DNA of 64,000 nt, from positions 2,149 through 66,148 of the forward strand of contig CALEFT010000008.1 in the NCBI GenBank assembly GCA_937876985.1. Reading direction: 5' to 3'. Source of the stretch: an uncultured Clostridia bacterium (GTDB lineage: Bacteria > Bacillota > Clostridia > Saccharofermentanales > Saccharofermentanaceae). Shown piece after piece: positions 50,057 to 60,358 of the stretch (positions within the stretch are counted from its first letter, which is position 1; each line of letters begins with the position of its first letter). The translations under genes and the position numbers were made by a program. A model generated the notes under the pieces. That model was not told the DNA's origin. It worked only from the letters and a program-made list of their open reading frames with translations, and made no database searches.

Positions 50057-50500
50057 TCAATGAGTCAAAAGGTGAAATATTTTACGAAAATCTGTATTAA
50101 AATTGCTTTCTAACTGTATTCTTATCCCCTTTGCTATCTCTTCATTTACGTCCCTTTCTTCACTTCCGTATGTCCACCCAAATCCATCATTATCATAACG
50201 TGGAAACACATGGAAATGAGCATGTCCAAAATCACAAAACTTCCCACCATTTTGCATTATGCTATAGCCTTCATTTCCATAGATTTCTTTTAACGCTGTC
50301 ACAATCTTTTTTGCAACACCCATTATATCCATTAAAGTTTCATCAGATAATTCTTCTATCGTATCTACATGTTGTTTAGGAACAATTAGAACATGCCCTT
50401 CATTAATCGGTTCTATATCCAAAAAAGAAATCAACTGATCGTTCTCATATACAATATGAGCTGGCAATTTTCTTTTTATTATCTCACAAAAAACGCACAT
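50057..50500 (-). CDS. HIT family hydrolase
   Basis: CVFC, GHVLIVPK, HAHFHVFPR. Confidence 0.93.
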   Translation of the reverse strand: MCVFCEIIKRKLPAHIVYENDQLISFLDIEPINEGHVLIVPKQHVDTIEELSDETLMDIMGVAKKIVTALKEIYGNEGYSIMQNGGKFCDFGHAHFHVFPRYDNDGFGWTYGSEERDVNEEIAKGIRIQLESNFNTDFRKIFHLLTH

Positions 50501-50574
50501 TTCCTTTTACCCTCCACTTCTGCATATTACTCTACAAGGCAGAAGAGCATATCACCAAAATGCTCCAGCTCATC

Positions 50575-51972
50575 TTACTCTATTTCAACCTCAATTACAT
50601 CATCAGGTTTTCGTCTGCCCAAGAGGCACACAGTTTCCACATGCATCGTCCAAGGAAACATATCCACAGCGCGAGCTTTTTCTAGCTTGAAGCCGCCCTT
50701 TTCGAAAAGGACCAAGTCACGCGCAAGAGTTTCTGGGTTGCACGATATGTAGACAATATGTCTTGGAGCTAATTTCTTGCATGCGTCCACGAACTCAGGT
50801 GTGGTGCCGCTTCGTGGTGGGTCGAGGATGACTACGTCGAAGTTTTTGCTCGATTTGCCTTTTTGGGCGTTATTAGACATATATTCTGTCGCGTCGCAAG
50901 CGATGAAGTGTGCGTTCGTTATTCCGTTATGCTTCGCGTTTCCAATGGCGTCTCTTACTGAGCTTTTGTTGAGCTCGACTCCGGTTAGCTCGAATCTTTT
51001 GCACTTTGATGTAGCGACTAGACCGATTGTGCCGATGCCGCAATATGTGTCGAGCAAACTGATTTGCTTCTTGTTTGCTAGTTTCTCGTCGTAAGCGATA
51101 GCATCTTCAAGCATTCCGATTGCTTCACTGTAGAGTTTTTCTGTTTGGGCATGATTTACTTGGACGAAAACATCCGGCGACACCTTGAATTTCACGCCGC
51201 AAATCTCGTCGAGGATATATCCCTTGCCGTATTTCACTATGTATTTGTCGCCGAGAATCATGGAATCGCGACGCCTATTCTGGTTGAACAAAATCGACGT
51301 GATTTCTGGATGCTCTTTAAGTAGATCTTCCATGAAGTCACTTCTTCGTGGCATGCTTGGCGTGCCAAGAACCAATACCACCATAACCTCACCCGTCACC
51401 TCCGAGAGACGAATAAGCACGCGACGGAAGATGCCAGTACATGTATCCTCGTTAAATACTGGAATGTGATATTTGGATACTAGTCGTGTTATCGTCTGGA
51501 CGATGGCTGTCGCCTTCTGGTTTTCGACCAGGCAGCCGTCGCTAGACACAATCTTATGCGTATTCTCTACATACATTCCTGATATGACCTTGCCGCTTCT
51601 TCTATCAGAAGCGAAAGCCGCATGAACCTTCGAGCGATAGTGATATGGATTATCTGCTCCAATTATCGGTAGTATTTCAAAGTCGCGTGATGCACCACTT
51701 GCTTTGCTACTTGTCGCGGCGCCTACCGCTTTACGAAGAAGGCCTTCTACATATTCTTGTTTCTTCTTAAGAGAATCTTCATATGACATGCCTAGGTACT
51801 TACAGCCTCCACAATTCTCGCAAGAGGATATATTGGAAGCAGCCAACGACTTCGGTGTAGACTTAGGCTCCTTTTTATTCGTGGATGTCCTTCGCTTATC
51901 GTTTCCTGACGGTCTATTACCGCTTGCTATCTGACGCTTATTACTTGACGTTGGGTGCTTACTTTTTGCCAT
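50575..51972 (-). CDS. rlmD: 23S rRNA (uracil-C5)-methyltransferase RlmD/RumA
   Basis: CENCGGC, YCGIGTIG, LDPPRSG, YISCNPETLARD, DMFPWTMHVE. Confidence 0.93.
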   Translation of the reverse strand: MAKSKHPTSSNKRQIASGNRPSGNDKRRTSTNKKEPKSTPKSLAASNISSCENCGGCKYLGMSYEDSLKKKQEYVEGLLRKAVGAATSSKASGASRDFEILPIIGADNPYHYRSKVHAAFASDRRSGKVISGMYVENTHKIVSSDGCLVENQKATAIVQTITRLVSKYHIPVFNEDTCTGIFRRVLIRLSEVTGEVMVVLVLGTPSMPRRSDFMEDLLKEHPEITSILFNQNRRRDSMILGDKYIVKYGKGYILDEICGVKFKVSPDVFVQVNHAQTEKLYSEAIGMLEDAIAYDEKLANKKQISLLDTYCGIGTIGLVATSKCKRFELTGVELNKSSVRDAIGNAKHNGITNAHFIACDATEYMSNNAQKGKSSKNFDVVILDPPRSGTTPEFVDACKKLAPRHIVYISCNPETLARDLVLFEKGGFKLEKARAVDMFPWTMHVETVCLLGRRKPDDVIEVEIE

Positions 51973-54016
51973 CTTTTCCGCCTCCGTCAAGCATGTAGAT
52001 ATTTGCTTCATATGGCTGCAATACGTTTGATTGATACTGATCGACATTTGAGAACATTAGCTTTACATCACCAAATTCCTTCTTCGATAGACCAGGTCTT
52101 ACAAGCGAATATGCAGAGAAATTGCACTCGACAAGAACATTGCCACGGCGGAACATATAGATGAAGCGAGCCTTACGTCTAATAAATTCCATCTTCTCTC
52201 TAAGCCACTCTGGATGTTCTCTGCGGAAGTTTATTAACGCCTTATAGAAAGATAGAACAGACCTATCGTCAGCAATTTGTGCTTCTACATTATATTTCTT
52301 ATATTCGTCCTTACCCTCGAACCATGGCTTTCCTGTTGTGAAGCCACCGTTTGGCGTGTCATCCCAGCACATTGGAGTTCTCGCATGATCACGGCTACCA
52401 GAAAGCACCTTGCGCCACGCACGTGTGCGGTTCTTTGGCGTGTCGCCAGCCTTTTCGAGGAGCTGACGATAAAGTCCGTGGCTCTCTACGTCCTCTAGCT
52501 CATCAATCGACTCGAACGCGATATTTCTCGCGCCAAGCTCCTGCCCCTGGAAGATGAACGGCGTTCCCTTCTGCGTCAACAAAAGCATCGCCAAAAGCTT
52601 CGCAATCCTATCCCCGTAGCGATTTTCCGGGTCAATTTTCGACGTCATTCGCGGATTGTCGTGGTTCTCAAAAAACAGCGCGAAGCTTAGGTCATTCGCA
52701 TACCGCTCCACCCACTTGTACATATATTTCTTGTACCAGTTCATATTGTACGCATACTCATCAAAGCGCAGATGCCCGCCCGACTCCATGTGGTCAAAAT
52801 TGAACACCATGTCGAGCTCCTCACGCTTCGGGTCAACTAGGAGCCTGCTCGTCTCAAGTCCAAGCCCCGGCGTCTCCCCCACCGAAAAGGCATCATTCGG
52901 CTTAAAGCAATTCATATGCACATCATGCAAATGCTCGTGAAGCCTTGGTCCATAGAAATAATGCTCCGCGCCACAATACCCGATGAACTGCCCCAAAAAA
53001 GCATTTCCATCAGGAAGCTTTCCATCCTTTGAAATAAGATTAACTACATCAATACGGAATCCATCGACACCCTTCTTAAGCCATCTATTTATAATGCCGT
53101 ACACATCCTTACGCATGTCCTCACATTCCCAGTTAAGATCCATCTGTTTTTTGGAGAACACATGTAGGCCGTATCTGTCGATATCCTTATAATAATTCCA
53201 CGCACTACCGCCAAAGCACGACTGCCAATTATTCGGAGGAAGCTTAGTACCCTCCTCGTCAATGCGGCCCTTGCGCAAGAAATAATACTGTCCATATTTT
53301 CCATCTGGATTTGTGAGAGCCTTCTTGAACCACTCATGCTCATCCGATGTATGGTTAAACACAAGGTCCATTATTAAACGCATTCCACGACGGTGAACCT
53401 CTGTTAGAAGCTCGTCAAAATCGTCCATTGTGCCAAATTCCTGCATGATGGCTTCATAGTCACGCACATCGTAACCATTGTCATCATTTGGCGAGTCGTA
53501 AACTGGGCAAAGCCACAAGCAATCTATTCCCAAATCATGTAAATAATCTAGCTTACTAATTATTCCTCGAATATCACCGATTCCGTCTCCGTTAGAATCC
53601 ATGAAGCTTCTTGGATATATCTGATAGAAAACCGCCGTCTCCCACCATCTATCTCTTTCCTTTGTATCACAAGACGCATCGCCATTTGCTACTAAGCGCA
53701 TCTTGTCATTATTAACCTTGCGCCACGCTTCACGAGCCGCCTTCTCTGTCTTGTTTAATAGCTCGCAGGTCACATCAACAAAATCGTGGTTTAGGCCCTT
53801 AATCTTCGACGCGAGCTTCGTCACAGTCATATTCGCTAGAAATGGATTTTCTACAATCTGCCTTCCACCGCCAAAATACATCTCGACCTTATCAAGCAAA
53901 TCGTGGCCCACAGCCGTCTTCTTGATATCGACAAGTCTGCTAGACCTAGTAATCTTCAATATTTTCTTATTATCATCACCACTGAAGCCTTTATTCACAC
54001 CAAAAGCCCTCAACAA
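51959..54016 (-). CDS. GH13 oligo-1,6-/alpha-glucosidase with N-terminal extension
   Basis: YQIYPRSF, DLVFNH, GFRIDV, GE, ENHD. Confidence 0.92.
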   Translation of the reverse strand: MLRAFGVNKGFSGDDNKKILKITRSSRLVDIKKTAVGHDLLDKVEMYFGGGRQIVENPFLANMTVTKLASKIKGLNHDFVDVTCELLNKTEKAAREAWRKVNNDKMRLVANGDASCDTKERDRWWETAVFYQIYPRSFMDSNGDGIGDIRGIISKLDYLHDLGIDCLWLCPVYDSPNDDNGYDVRDYEAIMQEFGTMDDFDELLTEVHRRGMRLIMDLVFNHTSDEHEWFKKALTNPDGKYGQYYFLRKGRIDEEGTKLPPNNWQSCFGGSAWNYYKDIDRYGLHVFSKKQMDLNWECEDMRKDVYGIINRWLKKGVDGFRIDVVNLISKDGKLPDGNAFLGQFIGYCGAEHYFYGPRLHEHLHDVHMNCFKPNDAFSVGETPGLGLETSRLLVDPKREELDMVFNFDHMESGGHLRFDEYAYNMNWYKKYMYKWVERYANDLSFALFFENHDNPRMTSKIDPENRYGDRIAKLLAMLLLTQKGTPFIFQGQELGARNIAFESIDELEDVESHGLYRQLLEKAGDTPKNRTRAWRKVLSGSRDHARTPMCWDDTPNGGFTTGKPWFEGKDEYKKYNVEAQIADDRSVLSFYKALINFRREHPEWLREKMEFIRRKARFIYMFRRGNVLVECNFSAYSLVRPGLSKKEFGDVKLMFSNVDQYQSNVLQPYEANIYMLDGGGKDGKK

Positions 54017-54103
54017 TCATCAAAATTTAATAGTCGCCAAAGAACCAGCATCCGCCTTCTAAGAAAGTGCGAATGCGTGATGCTTTTCGAGAGAGAAAGA
54101 TAA

Positions 54104-54958
54104 TTAGCTTAAGCTTCTTGCTGCGCCAATAACAGTATGCTTCGCGAGCACAGAAGTCGTAACAGAGCCCACGCCGCGTGGAACTGGAGTAATTGCCTGA
54201 ACCATCTCAGAAACCGCCTGGAAGTCAACGTCGCCGCAAAGCTTACCATTCTCATCAACGTTCATGCCGACATCGATTACTACCTGACCCTTGCCAGCTT
54301 CAAAAAACTCTGCACCAAGCATCTTGGCAACACCTGCGCAAGCGACTACGATATCCGCATTCTTCACCTCGCTAGGCAAATCCTTAGTCCTCGTGTGACA
54401 AACAGTTACAGTCGCGTTCTCCTTAATAAGAAGCATAGAAACCGGCTTGCCAATTACAAGACTTCTACCAACAACAGTCACCTTCTTACCAGTAAGCTCA
54501 ATACCATAGAACTTCAAAATCTCAATTACAGCCTGCGCAGTACATGGCGCAAAAGCATCCTTAGAGCCAGCATATACGCCAGCAAGGCTACCAGTACCCA
54601 TTGAATCAACGTCCTTGCTGCTACAAATCAAATCCTTGATTCTCTCCTCAGACAAGTGCTTAGGAAGCGGTCTAAAAAGCAAAATTCCATGCACACCCTT
54701 ATCCTCATTAAGTGCAGTAATCTTCGCCTCAAGCTCCTCCTCGGAACAATCGCTGGCTAACTCATGCACTTGAACCTGAAGTTCAAGCGACTCAAACTTC
54801 TTAAGAAGTCCTCTCTCATAAGCTAAGTCATCTTCTCTAGCACCTACGCGAACAACTGCAAGCGTTGGCACTACACCTGCCGCCTTAATCGTCGCAATTT
54901 GCTCCTTCAAATCCTCGTTAATCTTATCTGCAACTGGCTTACCCAATAATTCTGTCAT
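54104..54958 (-). CDS. folD: Bifunctional methylene-THF dehydrogenase/cyclohydrolase
   Basis: PCT, VGRSLVIGKP, DVG, TPVPRGVG. Confidence 0.95.
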   Translation of the reverse strand: MTELLGKPVADKINEDLKEQIATIKAAGVVPTLAVVRVGAREDDLAYERGLLKKFESLELQVQVHELASDCSEEELEAKITALNEDKGVHGILLFRPLPKHLSEERIKDLICSSKDVDSMGTGSLAGVYAGSKDAFAPCTAQAVIEILKFYGIELTGKKVTVVGRSLVIGKPVSMLLIKENATVTVCHTRTKDLPSEVKNADIVVACAGVAKMLGAEFFEAGKGQVVIDVGMNVDENGKLCGDVDFQAVSEMVQAITPVPRGVGSVTTSVLAKHTVIGAARSLS

Positions 54959-54981
54959 CTTACTTGCTCCCTTCGGTCTAC

Positions 54982-55617
54982 TTATGCCTTGATTCCCTTA
55001 AGCGAATCGATTACGTCCTTTGTAACCTTGTCTGCCCTTACTGACACACTCTCGACAATTCTATCCGTCTGCTCATTCATGCTAGCAGCCACCTCACGGT
55101 TCTTCATGAGCTTCGTGTTGATGTACACATTCATCGCCGCGCCCTTTACTGCCGCACTAAGAAAACTTGCAGCAACTCCAACATCACTTAAAGCTAGTCT
55201 CGAGCCCTTCACATAAAGCTCCTCCAAAAGCCCAGCAACCTTCTCGCACTCCATTACAATCTGAAGCGGAGCCTTCGCCGCCACAACAAGTGCATTCTCA
55301 AGAATCTCATCTCTATTAGGATCGTCCTTAGGAATAGAATATGCCTTAGAAAGCGGCTCAAACGCCTTAGCATCTTCACTCATCAAATCCATCATACTCT
55401 TACTAATCTCTACCGCCTGTGGCAAAATCCTATCAATATCAGCCTGATACTCAGCATACTTCTTCTTACCCGTAGTTAGCTCAGCCACCATAGAGCAAAG
55501 CGCCGCAGAAAGCGCACCCACCATACTACTAGCACCGCCGCCACCTGGCACTGGCGCATTCGAACATAATTGTCCAACAAATTCTTCAATCGTAAGCTGC
55601 TTCATCTGGCTATCCAT
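54982..55617 (-). CDS. Formiminotetrahydrofolate cyclodeaminase / cyclohydrolase (FTCD_C)
   Basis: PVPGGGGAS, SDVGVA, NVYIN; next to folD. Confidence 0.9.
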   Translation of the reverse strand: MDSQMKQLTIEEFVGQLCSNAPVPGGGGASSMVGALSAALCSMVAELTTGKKKYAEYQADIDRILPQAVEISKSMMDLMSEDAKAFEPLSKAYSIPKDDPNRDEILENALVVAAKAPLQIVMECEKVAGLLEELYVKGSRLALSDVGVAASFLSAAVKGAAMNVYINTKLMKNREVAASMNEQTDRIVESVSVRADKVTKDVIDSLKGIKA

Positions 55618-55790
55618 TTTCTTTCTCCCCCAAACGTGAATGTAAATAGCATTATACCAAACAATACGCATCTTCACAAAAGCATATAGAATCTAATCTA
55701 TCTCTCTCGAAAAGCATAGGCATAGTATTCAAAGGACATCGATTAGGAAAATCGAAGCCCCAAACAAAACTTAGCAAAACTTAGCAACTC

Positions 55791-58070
55791 TTAGATCGAA
55801 CCTCTCTCAATGCCATAGCTATTGCAGATATTTGTATATTCCTGCGAATGCGCAAAACCACGGAAAATATTCAGCCTATCGGCTCCGTTGTTAAGCTGTA
55901 ATACCCAAGAATCAAAGCCTGCCTGATCTGGCTCACGACCTAAGAACACTCTATATAGCGTAGCTACATATTCCTCATTAGACAAATTGCGATTTAAGAA
56001 CTCCTGCGAGAAGAAGAATCCATAACCAACGCCTGCTCCAGAGTTCTGTCTATTTATTAACTGACTCACCCAGTTTGCTTGTCCGTCATAGTCTCCATTT
56101 CTTCCAAGACACAAAGAATACAATCGCGCAACAAAAGCATTCACATTCTGTTGTCTAGTATTGTCCACACCCTGGATATAATGTCCCGCAGTAATTCCAT
56201 AGGAGTTACATAGCGCGAAGAACTCTCTTGAATTTGCTACTCCAGCGAAAATCCGCTCTCTAGTCGCACCAGCCTCAAGCTGTCCAATCCAATTTGCTAG
56301 TCCAGTCGGATCTGGCTGTCTATCCAAGAACACATTATAAAGTGTTGTAACGAATTCCTCGTTACTTGTATTCGAATTGATATACTCCTGCGAGAAGAAG
56401 AAACCATATGCCACATGTGCACCAGTATTCTGGTTATTCACAAGCGAATTCGTCCAATTATTAAGCCCCGTACTATCTGGCGTTCTTCCAAGCACCAGCT
56501 CATAGCAACGCGTAACAAACGCCATGGCCTCCGATCTATCCACTATATTCCCAGTCGCTGGAGGAATCACTCCTGGCGTCGTAGGCGCCGTCGGCGGAGT
56601 TGGCGTAGGTGTAACTACAGGACTAGTCTCTACTCGAACAAAATCAATACCGTTTGCACTCGCATAACTCTCTGCCGCAGAGCCAGCGTATCCATAAATC
56701 ACCAAATCATCCTTATAGTCGTAGTCCTCATCCGCAAAAATCTCATCGCCAAACGAAGTCACACTCGCCGGAATATAAATCTCGCGCAAATTTTTGCAAT
56801 CATAGAACGCGCCCTCGCCAATAGAAATCGTACCATCCACAACCACGAATTCCTCTAACGCATAGCAACCCCAGAACGCAAAGCTTCCAATCGACCTCGT
56901 ATTCGAAGAAAGATTCACTTCCTCTAGCGCTTCACACTGCTCAAAAGCTCCATATCCAATATCCACCAAGCTCTCTGGAATATCCACACTCTCTATCGAA
57001 GTACATCCACAGAACGCATAATCACCCGTATATGTTAGTCCCTCTGGCAAATCGAGTTCTGGAAGCGCTTCACAGCCATAGAATGCATATTGTCCAATTG
57101 ATGTAACACCATCAGGTATATTTATGCTCTCTAAGCTTGCACATTCCCACAATGCTTCTCCGCAAATCTCAGTAATACTATCTGGAAGTACAATCTTTTC
57201 GATATTGTAACAGTATCCAAATGCGAAATTTCCAAGCGCAGTTAGTCCTTCATTTATCTCTACTCTTGTTAGAGATGTGCAAGTATCCATAGAAAAGGCA
57301 CCATGCTCATAATCATAATCGCCTTCAATTGCTCGAAGTGTACCAGGAAGCTCAAGTGTCGTAATTGTTTTGCACATATAAAAAGCATTATCTGCAATAG
57401 AAGTAACCCTCTTTCCGGCAATCGTACTTGGAACAACTACATTCGAACCACTTCCAACATATCTTGTAATCTCAATAGTATTATCAAGCTTAACAATATA
57501 GTGATAATCTCCACTAACTCCACAAGAAGAATAGTAAGTATATCGATACCCTTCTTCCTCAGCATAATCTTCTGCAATAGAGCCCTCTTTAATATACATT
57601 ATTGCATTATCGCTTCCCTCAAAAATATGCTCATCAATCGTATTTATACCAGCTGGAAAATACACTGTAGTTAACAAATTACAAAACAAGAATGCTATTT
57701 CACCTAGATACTTAAGACTACTTGGAAGCTCAACTACCTTAAGTGAAGCCAGATCCAAGAACGCCATATTCTCGATTCTTGTTATAGTATTAGGAAGCGT
57801 AATCGTCACGATTTTTGAATTATCATAAAACGCTGCTTCACCAATCGTTGTTACCGTCTTGCCATTAATCTTAGATGGAACAACAACATTCACATCTGTT
57901 CCATTATAAGAAACAATCTTAACCGTGCCATCCGCCAGAACTTCATACTCGTAATCTCCGGAGACACTTGCAGCATAAACTATGGCCTCTCCATCAAAAA
58001 CAAACATAGTGCAAATCATTGCAACCATCAAAATCAAACTAGTAAGGATTTTTCTTCTTTGTGTAAACAT
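55791..58070 (-). CDS. Secreted surface protein with BspA-type LRR repeats and C-terminal DUF4214 repeats
   Basis: Signal peptide, IG..AF..C repeats, PT linker, LY...LGR.PD..G...W and FFFSQE repeats. Confidence 0.9.
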   Translation of the reverse strand: MFTQRRKILTSLILMVAMICTMFVFDGEAIVYAASVSGDYEYEVLADGTVKIVSYNGTDVNVVVPSKINGKTVTTIGEAAFYDNSKIVTITLPNTITRIENMAFLDLASLKVVELPSSLKYLGEIAFLFCNLLTTVYFPAGINTIDEHIFEGSDNAIMYIKEGSIAEDYAEEEGYRYTYYSSCGVSGDYHYIVKLDNTIEITRYVGSGSNVVVPSTIAGKRVTSIADNAFYMCKTITTLELPGTLRAIEGDYDYEHGAFSMDTCTSLTRVEINEGLTALGNFAFGYCYNIEKIVLPDSITEICGEALWECASLESINIPDGVTSIGQYAFYGCEALPELDLPEGLTYTGDYAFCGCTSIESVDIPESLVDIGYGAFEQCEALEEVNLSSNTRSIGSFAFWGCYALEEFVVVDGTISIGEGAFYDCKNLREIYIPASVTSFGDEIFADEDYDYKDDLVIYGYAGSAAESYASANGIDFVRVETSPVVTPTPTPPTAPTTPGVIPPATGNIVDRSEAMAFVTRCYELVLGRTPDSTGLNNWTNSLVNNQNTGAHVAYGFFFSQEYINSNTSNEEFVTTLYNVFLDRQPDPTGLANWIGQLEAGATRERIFAGVANSREFFALCNSYGITAGHYIQGVDNTRQQNVNAFVARLYSLCLGRNGDYDGQANWVSQLINRQNSGAGVGYGFFFSQEFLNRNLSNEEYVATLYRVFLGREPDQAGFDSWVLQLNNGADRLNIFRGFAHSQEYTNICNSYGIERGSI

Positions 58071-58212
58071 TATCCCTATTCCTTTCGTATTAAATCCCCT
58101 AACAGATATTTTTATAACATTATTTGTTCAACTAGTAAAGCCATAAACAAAATACAGTTAGAAAACAATCTCTTATCCTCTAACTGTATCGCATAAATTA
58201 TTGTCTTATTTG

Positions 58213-59631
58213 TTATCCAATGAAGCGCCTATATCCAAGAATCGGACACATATCAAGATTTCCGTAACGAACCTCTCCTCGTGACATACTCGCGTGAATT
58301 ACTTGTCCATTTCCTACATAGATTCCAACGTGATCACAAGAACCATTACCATTCGTATCCCAGCACACAACATCTCCAAGTCTCAAATCCTCTCGAGATA
58401 CTGTCTGTCCAGAATTAAGAATTGTTCCAGAGTAGTGTGCAACCGTTACACCTACCTGCCTATATGCATAAACTACGAGACCAGAACAGTCAACACCATT
58501 ACGGCTCTCACCTGCCCATACATAAGGAACTCCAAGCATCGATTCACAAATGCTTACGATGGATTCACCATTTACACCGGAAATTACTGGTGGTGGATTG
58601 TTATTGACGTAGCCGCCTCCGCCACCGCCGCCGTTTCCACCGCCTCCGCCGCCTCCTGACGACGTTACTGGTGCTCTAGTAGGAACTGGTGTTGGAGTTG
58701 GTGGAGCTGTCGTTGTTGTATACGATATGTATACATATCCGTGCTGCCCATCCATTGTATTTACTTCATACCACTTATCAGATACAGAAATCGCATGCAA
58801 TCTCTGATCTCTATATAGCGTCGTAACTGGCTCCGACTCAGTCGATGGCTGACTTCTCAAAGTCAAGCTGCCACAATCAACATATACTGTTCTATCAATC
58901 GCATCCCATACCATCGTATCAGAAATCGAAGACGTAAGCACATAACCCTCGACTCCATCCTCTGTACGAATTCGCGACCATGTATCACCTATTCCAATTC
59001 GAGTTACACCTTCGCCTCGCGCAATCGGACAAATCGTAATCGAACTCATATCAGGGTATTCCTTGATTATCGAATTTTGTGCCAAAATATAGTACTGCGT
59101 CTCATCTGGCGCGAAAACCATAGGATCTAACAACTCAATCGGCAAATCCGCTTCATCGTACTCCTGTACAATAGTATATGTAGGAACATCGTCATAATAT
59201 GATGTCGTGTTCACACTAGGCTCATATCCCTCGAAATACGATTCTTGCGCGATCTGTCCATTACTTACATCAACCATCTCGGTAGGAATCTCTGCACCTT
59301 CTGCCCAAATAACATCTTCTCCGATAACAGGAGCTGATGTCTCGCTTGGAACAGAGTCACTTGGCATTGACTCACCTGTAGTAGAATCGCTCGGATTAGA
59401 CTCATCAGAGACAGCACCTTGAGATTGCGCACCAATAGCCCAGTCCTCGATTAAGACTTCTTCTTGTTCTTGGTTGTAATATGGATTTGCTGCAATATAA
59501 GCAGCACGAACTCTTGCCTGATGATTCATCGTATCACGTGTAGATAAAGGAAGGCCCGACAATGGAATCGCAACTGCAATGCAAACCGCGATAGAAACAA
59601 TTCCATGCTTCATGCTTTTCTTAAGTCCCAT
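58213..59631 (-). CDS. NlpC/P60 cell wall peptidase with SH3b domains
   Basis: GVPYVWAG, DCSGLV, HVGIY, IHAS; Gly-rich linker; signal peptide. Confidence 0.92.
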   Translation of the reverse strand: MGLKKSMKHGIVSIAVCIAVAIPLSGLPLSTRDTMNHQARVRAAYIAANPYYNQEQEEVLIEDWAIGAQSQGAVSDESNPSDSTTGESMPSDSVPSETSAPVIGEDVIWAEGAEIPTEMVDVSNGQIAQESYFEGYEPSVNTTSYYDDVPTYTIVQEYDEADLPIELLDPMVFAPDETQYYILAQNSIIKEYPDMSSITICPIARGEGVTRIGIGDTWSRIRTEDGVEGYVLTSSISDTMVWDAIDRTVYVDCGSLTLRSQPSTESEPVTTLYRDQRLHAISVSDKWYEVNTMDGQHGYVYISYTTTTAPPTPTPVPTRAPVTSSGGGGGGGNGGGGGGGYVNNNPPPVISGVNGESIVSICESMLGVPYVWAGESRNGVDCSGLVVYAYRQVGVTVAHYSGTILNSGQTVSREDLRLGDVVCWDTNGNGSCDHVGIYVGNGQVIHASMSRGEVRYGNLDMCPILGYRRFIG

Positions 59632-59839
59632 ATAAGCCCTCCTTCTTCGCTAAATTATAGTGCAAAACTGCATCAACATCTTGTCATAGATGTGGCAATT
59701 TACCCTATCATTATACAAGCACTCTCCCAAACTAATGTTACATTTGAAAGTCAGTTTTCTTAAGATTACCGCCATCTTCTCTCTACTAAGAAATCAACCA
59801 TTATTAAAACTCACAACAACTGCAGTAAAGCATAGTCTT

Positions 59840-60256
59840 TACGATAAAAATGTGATTTTGAGATTTTTATCGTAGTCGGAGCAGCGGTTTATTGCTTGTA
59901 AATCCGCTTGAGTTACGATAAAAATTCATTTTTTTGAATTTTATCGTAGTGTTTTAATTATGAATGAGCCTTTTTATAGAAGCTGACTACGATAAGAATT
60001 AATTTTCCTGATTTTTATCGTAGTTTTTCATGCTAAATAGAGCCGTGTTACCTTGCTAACTTGCACGAATAGTACGATAAAAAAGCAATTTTGAGATTTT
60101 TATCGTAGTTTGAATGAAATAGAACCTTGAGAAGAGCGTGTTTTTATACGATAAAAATGTGTTTTTTCAATTCTTATCGTAGTTTGAGCCTCGAAGAAGG
60201 CTTCTAACTATCAATATGACTACGATAAAAATGTAATTTTGAGATTTTTATCGTAG
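59840..60256. repeat. Array of six 36-bp palindromic repeats with different spacers; CRISPR-like geometry, no cas genes in the window
   Basis: TACGATAAAAAT-N11-ATTTTTATCGTAG at 59840, 59914, 59988, 60073, 60147 and 60221. Confidence 0.92.
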
Positions 60257-60358
60257 TCTGTCACTTTATAAACTTACTGCATCCACTCAAGCTGCGAAAT
60301 ACCCATAGAAATACCCATATAGAAAGGATTTCAAAAATAACAACATCTATATCATTAA

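Larger units (their letters stand above)
46513..50574. mobile_element. Decayed element at the rlmD 3' end carrying an R-M system
   Basis: Low GC, serine recombinase relic, altered rlmD C-terminus; left boundary approximate. Confidence 0.7.

Noticed and set aside
50041..50070. C-box or methylation-sensitive promoter (contains GAGTC) upstream of the controller gene
   Set aside because: The TTGAC..GTCAA symmetry is weak and I could not place a promoter with proper spacing.
59840..60256. Canonical CRISPR array
   Set aside because: Repeat loops differ at many positions in every copy, no cas genes or clear leader are in the window, and spacers share weak similarity; kept as an unexplained repeat array.
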